64,000 nucleotides of DNA from contig CBDFGR010000003.1 of assembly GCA_965247115.1 (NCBI GenBank), positions 1,824,001 to 1,888,000 of the forward strand, written 5' to 3'. A model generated the notes under the pieces. It saw only the letters and a program-made list of their open reading frames with translations. It made no database searches and had not been told where the DNA came from. Numbering within the stretch: the first letter of the stretch is position 1; every line of letters begins with the position of its first letter. Made by a program: the position numbers and the translations under genes. This document shows positions 8,833 to 18,360 of this stretch, one piece after another. Source of the stretch: Myxococcota bacterium (GTDB lineage Bacteria; Myxococcota_A; UBA9160; SZUA-336).

Positions 8833-9942
8833 TCAGAGTGCAGCCAGGCCTTCCAGGACCGTGAGGCTGCGCGCGTTGCGGTACCACATCTCCACCGGGT
8901 AGTCGCGAATGAAGCCGTGCCCGCCAAAGATCTGCAGGCCGTTGTCCGCGATCTTCATTGCCTCGCGGCTCACGTAGGTTTGGGCCAGCGTCGACGCCCG
9001 AGTCGCATCGAGCCCCTGCTCCAGCTGACTCGCGGCCTTCCAGACGAGATGGCGCATGGCGCTCACCTCGATCTCCATTTCTGCCAGCTTGAAGGCGATC
9101 GCCTGCTTCTGCGCGATTGGTTGGCCGAAGGCCACGCGCTCCTTCGCGTACGGGATCGCGAAGTCCTTGACCGCGCGGGCGAGACCGACGGCCAGAGCCG
9201 CACTGCCCATCCTGCAGAGGTTGATCAGGCGCGCGCCGTCGATGCCGCCGTTCCCGCCAAGACGCGCCTCACGCGGAAGCTCGACTCCGTCGAGCTCGAG
9301 CGCCGAGCACGGCAGGGCCTGCATGCCGAGCAGCTTCTCGACGTCGGGAGCGATTTTCAGACCCTCCGCGTCGCGCGGGACGATGAAGGCCTCGAGGCCT
9401 GCCAGCCCCTCGCGCCCGTCGCGGGCGATGATCAGGAAGTGGCTCGCGCGATCACCCATCGGGACGAAGCGCTTTTGCCCCGTGAGACGGAAGCCCTCGC
9501 CCTTGGGCTCCACGGTGGTGCGGAGCTTGCTCGGGTCGAAGGTGAAGTTGGGCTCATGGAGGGCCAGCGTTGCCGGGTGGTAGTCCGCGCCCACAAAGAG
9601 CGGCAGGAGCTGTTCCTTCTGTTCCTCCGTGCCGAAGTCGAGCAGTGGCTGAACGAAGAGTGCGGGCGCCAGCACGGCGGCGGCAAGAGGCGCATCACCG
9701 CAGGCGAGCTCTTCCAGCACGAGCGCGCTCGTCACCGGGGAGCGCTCCATCCCAGCGCCGCCCAGCTCCTCAGGGATCGATCCCGCGACCAGTCCCAGCT
9801 CCCAGGTCTTTGCGAGCAGCTCGTCGGGTACCTGGCTCTGCTCGTCGCATTCGCGCGCGATCTCGCGCAGCTCGGTCTGCGCGAACTCGCGCACCGTCTC
9901 CCGGATCAGCTGTTGTTCTTCCGTCGGTCCAAACGAGATCAT
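8833..9942 (-). CDS. Acyl-CoA dehydrogenase (FadE24-like partner subunit)
   Basis: YAKERVAFGQPIAQKQAIAF, LQIFGGHGFIRDYPVEMWYR; short C-terminus. Confidence 0.9.
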   Translation of the reverse strand: MISFGPTEEQQLIRETVREFAQTELREIARECDEQSQVPDELLAKTWELGLVAGSIPEELGGAGMERSPVTSALVLEELACGDAPLAAAVLAPALFVQPLLDFGTEEQKEQLLPLFVGADYHPATLALHEPNFTFDPSKLRTTVEPKGEGFRLTGQKRFVPMGDRASHFLIIARDGREGLAGLEAFIVPRDAEGLKIAPDVEKLLGMQALPCSALELDGVELPREARLGGNGGIDGARLINLCRMGSAALAVGLARAVKDFAIPYAKERVAFGQPIAQKQAIAFKLAEMEIEVSAMRHLVWKAASQLEQGLDATRASTLAQTYVSREAMKIADNGLQIFGGHGFIRDYPVEMWYRNARSLTVLEGLAAL

Positions 9943-10646
9943 TGGCCTTCTCCTTGCTCTGCCCGTTCAAGCTGCTGGGGCTGATGGAAATACCAGGCAA
10001 TCGAGCCACCCTGGCCGTCCTTACTGAGACGCCCGGCCTGTACGGCTTCCCGGTCGTCCATGAGACCGAGCGCCAGCAGAGTCCAGTCGCGGGCGTCGGC
10101 CGTGTAGCGCACGTCCGCGCGGTCGGCGAAGCCCTCGCGGACGGAGCAGCTCCCATCCTCGATCCGCACCGTCCAGACACCGCCGGCTGGGCCCGTGAGC
10201 CGCAGCTCGTAGGTGATCTCCACGTCGCGGGCTCGCTCACGGCGCAGCAGAAACGGGAGCGCTTCGACGACGGAGGCGGGCGTGGTCTCCTTGAAGGGAC
10301 CCGAGCTGTCCATTGCGTTCTGGACCCACCACACCGCGATGTCGCTCACGATCGGCTCCAGGGTGCGTCCGAGCTCGGTGAGGGCGTAGTGGGAGCGGCT
10401 GCCGGCGGGAACCGTCTCTACGAGCCCGCGCTGCCCGAGCTGGCGCAGCCGTGTGCTCAGCACCCTTGGGGCGATCCCGCTGCGGGCGCGCAGCTCCTGG
10501 AAGCCTCGCGGCCCCCCGAGCAGATGGCGGACCAGCACCAGGGTCCAGCGCTCGCCGATGAGATCCAGGGCGCGAGCCACCGGGCAGAAGAGAGGGCCGC
10601 GGGACGCGAAGGCCTCTGTGGGGCGGTCGGGCTCTATGGACGTCAC
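9939..10646 (-). CDS. HxlR-family winged-helix regulator fused to SCP2 lipid-binding domain
   Basis: FCPVARALDLIGERWTL, YALTELG; C-terminal LTGPAGGVWTVRIEDG..ADV..A..GRL SCP2-like pattern. Confidence 0.85.
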   Translation of the reverse strand: MTSIEPDRPTEAFASRGPLFCPVARALDLIGERWTLVLVRHLLGGPRGFQELRARSGIAPRVLSTRLRQLGQRGLVETVPAGSRSHYALTELGRTLEPIVSDIAVWWVQNAMDSSGPFKETTPASVVEALPFLLRRERARDVEITYELRLTGPAGGVWTVRIEDGSCSVREGFADRADVRYTADARDWTLLALGLMDDREAVQAGRLSKDGQGGSIAWYFHQPQQLERAEQGEGQ

Positions 10647-10760
10647 TTCTATCTACATACCTGAATTGAGATCATATCGAAATCATATAAAGTATATAAT
10701 AGATAGTAATAGAAGCCTGCAAGCGAATCTCTCAGTCCTGAACTCGTTGGGATAAGATCC
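10647..10760. promoter_or_regulatory. AT-rich divergent promoter/operator region
   Basis: Most AT-rich stretch seen in the window; TATAAT at 10695-10700; inverted arms CTTCTAT/ATAGAAG. Confidence 0.55.
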
Positions 10761-10853
10761 AGGCGACCTCCATAGGTAGGGACCGATGCCAGTCGCAATA
10801 CAGACCGTGGCCCCGGCGGCCCCAGAGGGCGGGGCCCGCGTGGGAGGCCTGAG

Positions 10854-11648
10854 TTGAGCGAGCCCGCCGTCCTCTACGACGCGAAGGACCACATCGCGGA
10901 GATCACGCTCAACCGTCCCGACAACCGCAACAGCATGACGGACGAGGTGCTCGAGGGTCTGCGTGCCGCGGTCGCGACCATACGCGAAGACGCTTCCCTG
11001 CGTTGCGTGATCATCACGGGACGCGGCAACAGCTTCTGTGCAGGGGCCGACTTCAAGGTCGGCGCTCAGCGCAGCGAGCGGGGCGCCGGCTACGAGGCGG
11101 CAAACGAGCGCTCGTTCGCCATGTACCGCCCATTCCTCTCGATCCTGGATATCGAGGTTCCGACGCTCGCGGCCATGCAGGGGCATGCAGTGGGCGGTGG
11201 CCTTGGTCTCGCGATCGTTTGCGACATGCGTGTTGCCAACGAGAGCGCGAAGTACGGTGCGAACTTTGTCCGGCTCGGTTTGCATCCGGGCATGGCGACG
11301 ACCTACATCCTGCCGCATCTCGTCGGACTGCCGCGCGCAACGGAGCTCTTGCTGACCGGACGTCTCGTGAGCGGACAGGAGGCCGCGGAGATCGGTCTGG
11401 CGAACTACGCGGTCCCGGGCGATCAGGTCCTCGCGCGGGCCCGCGAGCTCGCGCGGGAGGTCGCGGCCGCCGCGCCCATCGCCGTGCGCTGGACCAAGAA
11501 GTCGATCTACCGCGCGGCCTCCTGGGATCCGACGCGCGAAGCGGAGCTCGAGGCCCACGCGCAATCGCGCACGCTCGAGACCGAGGACTCCAAAGAGGGC
11601 ATCCGTGCGCTGCTCGAGAAGCGCACGCCGGAGTTCAGGGGCAGCTAG
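10854..11648 (+). CDS. Enoyl-CoA hydratase/isomerase family protein
   Basis: ITLNRPDNRN, FCAGADF, GHAVGGG, EGIRALLEKRTPEFRG. Confidence 0.94.
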   Translation: MSEPAVLYDAKDHIAEITLNRPDNRNSMTDEVLEGLRAAVATIREDASLRCVIITGRGNSFCAGADFKVGAQRSERGAGYEAANERSFAMYRPFLSILDIEVPTLAAMQGHAVGGGLGLAIVCDMRVANESAKYGANFVRLGLHPGMATTYILPHLVGLPRATELLLTGRLVSGQEAAEIGLANYAVPGDQVLARARELAREVAAAAPIAVRWTKKSIYRAASWDPTREAELEAHAQSRTLETEDSKEGIRALLEKRTPEFRGS

Positions 11649-11651
11649 TCC

Positions 11652-12977
11652 GTGGACCGAGGGGGGGTCGGCAGACGAGAGGCTCGGGTGCCCGAAGGAC
11701 GGGCAGAGCGGATCGCCAAGCTCGGCTCGATGCTGGCCGGAATCGCGGGAGAGACCGCGATGGAGGTACTGAGACGTGCCGCAGGCCGCGGCGACCGCGA
11801 TGCGAGTCTATTGATGAGCCCGGCCAACGCGCGGCGGCTGGTTGACACCCTGGCCGATCTGCGCGGCGCCGCGATGAAGCTCGGCCAGCTGCTGTCGATC
11901 CAGGGCCAGGAGCTGCTACCCGAGCCGCTCTCCGAGATCCTCTCCGAGTTGCAGAGTCAGGGCCGTCTCATGCCCGCCAGGCAGGTTCGCGACGTGCTCT
12001 CGCAGGAGCTCGGCCCAGAGTGGGAGCGGCGCTTTGCGGAATTCGACCTGGAGCCGCTTGCCGCCGCCTCCATCGGGCAAGTTCACGCGGCCGAAGCCGC
12101 TGACGGTCGGGACCTGGCCGTGAAGGTCCAGTACCCCGGCGTGGAGCGGAGCATCGCAGCGGACGTCGATAACCTGGTCGTGCTGCTGCGTATGACGCGG
12201 CTGCTTCCCCCTGAGATCGACCTGGAGAGGCTCGCACCCGAGCTGAAACGCGAGCTCCGACGCGAGGCCGACTACCGGCGCGAGGCCCAGAGCACCGAAC
12301 TCTACCGGGAGCTGGTCGGAGCTGACGCCGGCGTCTTCGTGCCGCGCGTGCATGCGGACCTCTCGACCGCTCGCGTGCTCACAACGGATCGTGTACGCGC
12401 TCTCCCGATCGAGGACCTTCGGTCTCGCGAGCACACGCAGGAGCGCCGCGACGCCATGGGCGAGAAGCTGCTGCGTCTGGTCTTCCGCGAGCTCTTCGAG
12501 TTCCGCTTCGTGCAGACCGATCCCAACTTTGCGAACTACTTGTTCGAGCCGAAGCACGAACGCGTTGCCCTGCTCGATTTCGGCTCCGTCCGCTCGCTCT
12601 CGCGCCGCTGGTGCGTGGCCTACGCAAGACTCGTGACTGCGACCGTGGAGGGCGATCCGGCTCGGGTCGTCTCCGTCGGAGAGGAGACCGGCTTCCTGCG
12701 CGGTAACGAGAGTCCCGAGGCTCGCAGGGCGTTCATCGAGCTCTCGGGCCTCATTGCGGAGCCCTTGCGGAGTGCCATGCCCTACGACTTCGCCGGCTCC
12801 GACCTCGCGGAGCGGGTCCGGGCCAGCGGCGTGGACGCCTATACCCGTCAGGAGCTGCCGCGACCGCCGACGGAGCTCATCTTCGTGCACAGGAAGATCG
12901 CAGGGAGCTACCTGCTGCTGGCCCACATCGGGGCCCGAGTCGACTGTAGGGCGCTGTATCGGGAATGCGTCCTGTGA
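11652..12977 (+). CDS. ABC1/UbiB (COQ8-like) atypical kinase
   Basis: RGAAMKLGQ, AAASIGQVH, AVKVQYPG, QTDPNFAN, LLDFG; start uncertain (11652 or 11688). Confidence 0.93.
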   Translation: MDRGGVGRREARVPEGRAERIAKLGSMLAGIAGETAMEVLRRAAGRGDRDASLLMSPANARRLVDTLADLRGAAMKLGQLLSIQGQELLPEPLSEILSELQSQGRLMPARQVRDVLSQELGPEWERRFAEFDLEPLAAASIGQVHAAEAADGRDLAVKVQYPGVERSIAADVDNLVVLLRMTRLLPPEIDLERLAPELKRELRREADYRREAQSTELYRELVGADAGVFVPRVHADLSTARVLTTDRVRALPIEDLRSREHTQERRDAMGEKLLRLVFRELFEFRFVQTDPNFANYLFEPKHERVALLDFGSVRSLSRRWCVAYARLVTATVEGDPARVVSVGEETGFLRGNESPEARRAFIELSGLIAEPLRSAMPYDFAGSDLAERVRASGVDAYTRQELPRPPTELIFVHRKIAGSYLLLAHIGARVDCRALYRECVL

Positions 12978-13546
12978 CGCGCTGTCCCTGGGCGGGTGAC
13001 GATCCGTTGCACCAGGCGTACCACGACGAAGAGTGGGGGGTTCCACTGCACGACGACCGGAATCTCTTCGAGTTCCTGATTCTGGAGGGAGCGCAGGCGG
13101 GACTCTCCTGGCTCACCATCCTGCGAAAGCGGGAGGGCTATCGACGTGCCTACGACGACTTCGAGCCCACCCGGGTGGCACGCTACACGTCGCGGCGGCG
13201 GGACAAGCTCCTGCGGGACGAGGGGATCGTGCGAAACCGGCTGAAGGTCGAGGCGTCGATCCAGAACGCGCGGTGCTTCCTCGAGATCCAGAGCGAGGTC
13301 GGGAGCTTTGATCGGTATCTCTGGGCGTTCATCGCAGGCAAACCTCGCCAGAATCGTTTCGAGAAGATGAGCGAGATCCCCACGCAGACGCCAGAGTCCG
13401 AGTCACTCAGCCGAGATCTGAAGAAGCGGGGCTTCAAGTTCGTCGGCCCGACGATCTGCTACGCCTTCATGCAGGCGGTAGGCCTCGTGAACGACCACCT
13501 CGTGAGCTGCCCACGACACCGTGAGCTCGGGAGCGGTGCGCCGTAG
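12974..13546 (+). CDS. tag: DNA-3-methyladenine glycosylase I
   Basis: RCPW, YHDEEWG, LEGAQAGLSW, GIVRNRLK, GFKFVGPTICYAFMQA..NDH..C. Confidence 0.96.
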   Translation: MTRCPWAGDDPLHQAYHDEEWGVPLHDDRNLFEFLILEGAQAGLSWLTILRKREGYRRAYDDFEPTRVARYTSRRRDKLLRDEGIVRNRLKVEASIQNARCFLEIQSEVGSFDRYLWAFIAGKPRQNRFEKMSEIPTQTPESESLSRDLKKRGFKFVGPTICYAFMQAVGLVNDHLVSCPRHRELGSGAP

Positions 13547-13571
13547 CCCGCATCTGGTAAAGTCCGCCCCA

Positions 13572-14210
13572 ATGAATCCTCCCCTTGTCCGCAGCTGGCC
13601 CAGCTCCTACCTGTGGGCCCACCCGGCCTGGTTGAGCCTCGTCTTGATGGCGGGCTGCTTCGGGCCGCCCCCTCCGCCGGTCATGACGGTGCTTCCCAGC
13701 TATAACCTGACCAATAGCCGCGCGGAGCCGTTTGGCACCGAGCAGCTGGCTGGGCAGGTCTACGTTGCCAACTTCTTCTTCACCCGCTGCACCACCGTGT
13801 GCCCGATGTTGACGAATTCGATGTCGAAGCTGCTGCGTCGCTACAGGGAAGGTGGCGTCGACGGGATTCGCCTCGTCAGCATCTCGGTCGATGGAGCGTA
13901 TGACACGCCGGATCAGCTGGCTGCCTACGCGGAGCGATTCGAGATTGAGACAGAGGTCTGGTCGCTCCTGACCGGGCCTCCGGAACAGGTTCGCCCGCTT
14001 GTGGTCAAGGGCTTTCGGCTCCCGCTCGGCGATCGGCATGAGGACGAGCGGGGTATGGATATTGCTCACGCGGGTCGACTCGTTCTCGTAGACCGCTGGG
14101 GCCAGGTTCGGGGCTACTATGCTAGCGACGCGTCTGGTCTGAATGAGCTGTTCAAGCGTTCCCAGCATGTGCTCGAGGAGAAGCACCGGCCGCCGCCGCA
14201 AACTTCGTAG
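13572..14210 (+). CDS. SCO family copper chaperone
   Basis: FFFTRCTTVCP (CxxxC), SISVD, IAH, LVD..GQVRGYY. Confidence 0.92.
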   Translation: MNPPLVRSWPSSYLWAHPAWLSLVLMAGCFGPPPPPVMTVLPSYNLTNSRAEPFGTEQLAGQVYVANFFFTRCTTVCPMLTNSMSKLLRRYREGGVDGIRLVSISVDGAYDTPDQLAAYAERFEIETEVWSLLTGPPEQVRPLVVKGFRLPLGDRHEDERGMDIAHAGRLVLVDRWGQVRGYYASDASGLNELFKRSQHVLEEKHRPPPQTS

Positions 14211-14222
14211 GGTCCGCAAGTC

Positions 14223-15260
14223 GTGAGTCGCGCGCCCAAGATCGGTCTCCTGCTGATCAATCTCGGAACCCCAAGAAGTCCCGAGGTCCCAGACGTTCGG
14301 CGCTACCTGCGCCAGCTTTTGATGGACGAACACGTGCTCGACATGCCGGCGTGGCGCCGCTTCTTACTGGTCGAGCTGGTGATCGTGCCGCGCAGGGCGC
14401 GTCGCTCCGCCGCGAGCTACGAGAAGATCTGGACGCATCGTGGCTCGCCGTTGCTCACGCACGGACAGGATCTGCGCGACCTCGTGGAGGTGGAGCTGGG
14501 TGACGGAGTCGCAGTAGAGCTCGCCATGCGCTTCGGCGAGCCTTCGATTCGCTCGGCGCTCGACCGGCTCGAGGCGCGGGGTATCGACCGGCTCGTCTTG
14601 TTCCCGCTCTACGCGCAGTCGAGCTCGGCATCGACCGGATCCTCGCTGCAGGCTGTGCAAGCCGAGCTTGCGCGACGCGGCTCGGCTCTCGACCTCGCGG
14701 TCGCCCCCGCGTTCTACGCGGACCCGGCCTATCTCGAAGCGAAGCGGCGACTGGCCGCGCCCGTGATCGCAGAGGTCGACCCCGACCTCGTCCTGTTCAG
14801 CTTTCACGGCGTGCCCGAGCGGCAGCTCAAAGCCCTCGGCCTGGGCTGTCTCGAGAACGGCGGCTGCTGTTCGGCCGAGACCGGCCGGCGCGGCTGCTAT
14901 CGAGCGCAGTGTCTCCTGAGTGCGGAGGCGCTGGCCGAGCAGCTGGGCCTCGCCGGGGACCGGTACGCCGTGAGCTTTCAGTCGCGTCTGGGGCGCACGC
15001 CGTGGATCGCGCCGTTCACTGACCTTGTGCTGGCCGAGCAGGCACAACGCGGCCGTCGCCGCGTCGTGGTGATCAGCGGGTTCGTCGCGGACTGTCTGGA
15101 GACCCTCGAGGAGATCCGCATCCGGGGGCGGGAGATCTGGTTGCAAAACGGCGGCGAGGGCTTCGAGCTCGTTCCCGCCCCGAATGGCAACGCCGCGTGG
15201 GTGAAGGCCCTGGTCGAGATCGCCGGCGAGCATCTGCTGGGTGCGGATCGGAGCTCGTGA
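14223..15260 (+). CDS. hemH: Ferrochelatase (proto- or coproporphyrin) with Cys-rich insert
   Basis: LLINLGTP, GSPL, FSFHGVP, FQSRLGRTPW..P.TD, FVADCLETLEEI; CLENGGCC..CY..QC insert. Confidence 0.95.
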   Translation: MSRAPKIGLLLINLGTPRSPEVPDVRRYLRQLLMDEHVLDMPAWRRFLLVELVIVPRRARRSAASYEKIWTHRGSPLLTHGQDLRDLVEVELGDGVAVELAMRFGEPSIRSALDRLEARGIDRLVLFPLYAQSSSASTGSSLQAVQAELARRGSALDLAVAPAFYADPAYLEAKRRLAAPVIAEVDPDLVLFSFHGVPERQLKALGLGCLENGGCCSAETGRRGCYRAQCLLSAEALAEQLGLAGDRYAVSFQSRLGRTPWIAPFTDLVLAEQAQRGRRRVVVISGFVADCLETLEEIRIRGREIWLQNGGEGFELVPAPNGNAAWVKALVEIAGEHLLGADRSS

Positions 15261-16711
15261 TGACCGCCCGTCGCGACAACCCCGACCTGCCACACTTGGA
15301 TGTGGCGATTGTCGGCGGAGGCATCTCCGGCCTCGCGGCCGCGTTTCGTCTGCGTGAGCACGGGAAGTCGACTCGACCGCTTTCGGCGCGCCTGTTCGAA
15401 GCCGGCGGCCGCCTGGGTGGCACGATCCAGACCGAGCGGATCGAGGCGGAACAACGCGGCGAGTGCGTGTGCGAGGCGGGCCCGGATTCGATGGTCACCA
15501 CCAAGCCAGCGGCGATCGAGCTGTGCCGCGAGCTCGGGCTCGGCGCTGCGCTCGCTCCGCCCCGATCCGCCGAGGCCTTCTCCGTGGTCCACGAGGGGCG
15601 GTTGCATGCGTTGCCTGAGGGACTTCGACTGATCGCACCGACCGAGCGCTTGCCGTTGCTGCGCTCTGGCCTGTTCAGCTGGCCGGGTAAGCTGCGGATG
15701 CTACGCGAGTCTCGGGTCGAGGGGCGTGACGGGCTCGCGGCGGATGAGAGCGTGGAGAGCTTCGTTGTGCGGCGCTTCGGCAGGGAGGCCTTCGAGCGTG
15801 TGGCGGAGCCGGTGCTGGGCGGGTTGTTCGTCGCCGACGCGTCGGAGCTGAGCGCGGCCCGCACGCTTGGTTCGTTCGTGGAGCTCGAGCGCCAGTACGG
15901 CAGCGTGCTGCGCGGGCTCCGGGACAACGCGGGAGCATCGAGCTCGCCAGCCCAGCTGACACTCGGACACGGACTCGGCTCGCTCGTAGAACGACTGTCG
16001 GAGCGGATCCCACCGAGCTGGATCGAGCTCGACTGTGCTGCGAAGCAGATTCAACCCCTGCCAGGAGCGGGGTGGCAGATCGAGACGGCTCGGGGGATGT
16101 GGCTGGCGCGCCACGTGGTTCTCGCCTGCCCGGCGCCGCGCTGCAGCGCGATGCTGAGTGCCGCAGCCCCGACCCTGGCGAGCGCGCTTGGCGAATTGCG
16201 CTTCGCCTCCTGTGTCACCGTCAACCTGGTGTACCGACGCGGGGAGGTCGCTCGCCTTCCGGACGACTTCGGCTTCTTCGTGCCGCGGTCAGAGCAGAAT
16301 CACATTCTCGCCGCAACCTACGCGAGTGAGAAGTTCGCCGCTCGGGCGCCGGAGGGCTACGTCGTAGTGCGTACGTTCCAGGGCGGTAGGCTCGATCGCG
16401 GCGCGGTCGATCTCGACGATGAAACCCTGGTCGAGCGCTCGCACCGGGACCTGGCTCGTCTGATTGGCGTGACCGGCCCGGCCCGGGCAACCGGCCTGAC
16501 CCGTTTTCACGAAGCCGTGCCGCAGTTCGATGTCGGGTACGCGGAACGCGTGGCCAGGCTCAACCGCGAGGTCGCAAAACACGAGGGCCTCCACCTCGCA
16601 GGAAGCGCCCTCAGCGCCTACGGTCTGGCCGACTGTGTGGCGTCGGGGGAAGCCGTCGCTGCCACGGTCTGTGCGGGTCTCGCAAAGAGGGAGTCACGAT
16701 GGCGGAGCTAG
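15260..16711 (+). CDS. hemY: HemY-type proto-/coproporphyrinogen oxidase
   Basis: IVGGGISGLAAA, RLGGTIQT, EAGPDS, DESVESFVVRRFGRE, GFFVP. Confidence 0.92.
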   Translation: MTARRDNPDLPHLDVAIVGGGISGLAAAFRLREHGKSTRPLSARLFEAGGRLGGTIQTERIEAEQRGECVCEAGPDSMVTTKPAAIELCRELGLGAALAPPRSAEAFSVVHEGRLHALPEGLRLIAPTERLPLLRSGLFSWPGKLRMLRESRVEGRDGLAADESVESFVVRRFGREAFERVAEPVLGGLFVADASELSAARTLGSFVELERQYGSVLRGLRDNAGASSSPAQLTLGHGLGSLVERLSERIPPSWIELDCAAKQIQPLPGAGWQIETARGMWLARHVVLACPAPRCSAMLSAAAPTLASALGELRFASCVTVNLVYRRGEVARLPDDFGFFVPRSEQNHILAATYASEKFAARAPEGYVVVRTFQGGRLDRGAVDLDDETLVERSHRDLARLIGVTGPARATGLTRFHEAVPQFDVGYAERVARLNREVAKHEGLHLAGSALSAYGLADCVASGEAVAATVCAGLAKRESRWRS

Positions 16712-17934
16712 CCGACTACAAGCCCTCCCTGATCTCCTGGAACCTGACGAGGGCGTGCAACCTGCGCTGCCCGCACTGCTACATGGAGGGCGGACGGAAG
16801 GCAGAGAACGAGCTCACGACGGAGGAATGTCTGGGCCTGATCGACGAGATCAAGGCCCTCGGCACCGAAATGCTGATTCTGACCGGCGGCGAGCCGTTGC
16901 TGCGCAAGGACATCTACGACATCGCCCGCTACGCATCGAAGCGGGGGATCTGGGTCGTGATGGGGACCAACGGGGTTCTGGTCACCGACAGGGTCGTCCA
17001 CAAGATGATCGAGTGCGGTGTGAAGGGTGTGGCCATCAGCATCGATTCGCTCGAGCCAGCGAAACACAACCACTTTCGCGGCGGGCCGGATGCGTGGGAG
17101 TACTCGGTACGCGCGCTGGAGATCTGTCGGGCCAATGGCCTTCAAGTCCTGGTCCAGACCACGGTCATGGACATGAACTACGCCGAGATTCCCAAGCTGC
17201 TGGAGTTTGCCCGCGAGAAGGGGGCCTGGTCCTTCAATCTTTACTTCCTCGTCCAGACCGGCCGCGGCCAGCAGATGAACGATCTCTCGTCGGAACGGAC
17301 GGAAGCCATGCTCGCTCAGCTGGTGGACTGGCAGGATCGGTACCGTCCCATGCTGGTGCGCTCCAAGTGTGCGCCGCAGTTCAAGCAGATCGCCTACGAG
17401 AGGGGAGTGGGAGGTCTGGAGAGCGGCGGCTGCATGGCCGGCACCCAGTACTGTCGGATCACACCACAGGGCGACGTGACCCCGTGTCCCTACATGACCG
17501 CCGTCGCAGGCAACGTGCGTGACCAGAGCTTTGGCGAGATCTGGCGGACGTCATCCGTCTTGCGAGAGCTTCGCGACCTCTCGCAGCTCAAGGGACGCTG
17601 CGGCCGCTGCGAGTTCAACGAGCTGTGCGGCGGCTGCCGCTGCCGGGCCTACGCGGTCCACGGAGACTATCTGCAAGAGGACCCGGCCTGCCGCTATCAG
17701 CCAACCGGACGAACGCTCCAGCTCGCGGCCGTTCGCTGGAGCCCGGAAGCGGAGGCTCGGTTGGAGCGCATCCCCCTCGCCTTCATCCGCGGGAAGGTGA
17801 GGCAAGGCCTGGAGACCTACGCGGAACGCCAGGGGATCGACCTGATCACACCCGACGTGATGAAGGAAGCCCTGGCTGGCGAGGAGCGATCCGAGATGTT
17901 CGGCAAGCTGCCGCGCTTGTCAAAGCCGGACTGA
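16699..17934 (+). CDS. Radical SAM/SPASM enzyme (AhbD/NirJ-like) with C-terminal PCP_red-like domain
   Basis: ISWNLTRACNLRCPHC, TGGEPLLR, SPASM Cys (GDVTPC, CGRC..CGGCRCRA..DPAC); tail WSPEAEARLERIP..FIRGKVR..E.YA. Confidence 0.88.
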   Translation: MAELADYKPSLISWNLTRACNLRCPHCYMEGGRKAENELTTEECLGLIDEIKALGTEMLILTGGEPLLRKDIYDIARYASKRGIWVVMGTNGVLVTDRVVHKMIECGVKGVAISIDSLEPAKHNHFRGGPDAWEYSVRALEICRANGLQVLVQTTVMDMNYAEIPKLLEFAREKGAWSFNLYFLVQTGRGQQMNDLSSERTEAMLAQLVDWQDRYRPMLVRSKCAPQFKQIAYERGVGGLESGGCMAGTQYCRITPQGDVTPCPYMTAVAGNVRDQSFGEIWRTSSVLRELRDLSQLKGRCGRCEFNELCGGCRCRAYAVHGDYLQEDPACRYQPTGRTLQLAAVRWSPEAEARLERIPLAFIRGKVRQGLETYAERQGIDLITPDVMKEALAGEERSEMFGKLPRLSKPD

Positions 17935-17943
17935 GGGCCCCTT

Positions 17944-18360
17944 CTACATCCCGAAGAAGCTTCTGGCTTCCTCGAGCACCTCCACATCGATCTGCGCCAG
18001 CCCGCGGTCCTTGGCGAACTTCTCGATCCCGGTCTTGGCCATCGGACGCGCGAAGTCTGGGATGTTTGCCAGCCGCTCGCTCGCCTCGGGTGTCCACGGA
18101 AACGCCGCGCTCGAGCCGTCGAGGCTCGCGCCCATCTCCTGCATCACGCCGGGGAACGGGCACTTGCCGGCTGAGTCACCCTCGGGGCCGACCTGCACGC
18201 CCAGCGAGCCGACCACCTGGGTTTCGTAGGGATTCGTCAGCATGGCGAACTCGTGAGCGCACTCCGGACAGCGATACACGACGGTGAGTGAGCCTCGATC
18301 GGGCGGCTTCGCGTCGATCAGCTTCATGGCCTTGTCGCACGACACGCAGAGGAACTTCAT
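17944..18360 (-). CDS. Zn-ribbon (CxxC..CxxC) plus PCP_red-like domain protein
   Basis: CVSC, CPEC, a KCPF motif, WTPEASERLANIPDFARPMAK..IEKFA. Confidence 0.8.
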   Translation of the reverse strand: MKFLCVSCDKAMKLIDAKPPDRGSLTVVYRCPECAHEFAMLTNPYETQVVGSLGVQVGPEGDSAGKCPFPGVMQEMGASLDGSSAAFPWTPEASERLANIPDFARPMAKTGIEKFAKDRGLAQIDVEVLEEARSFFGM

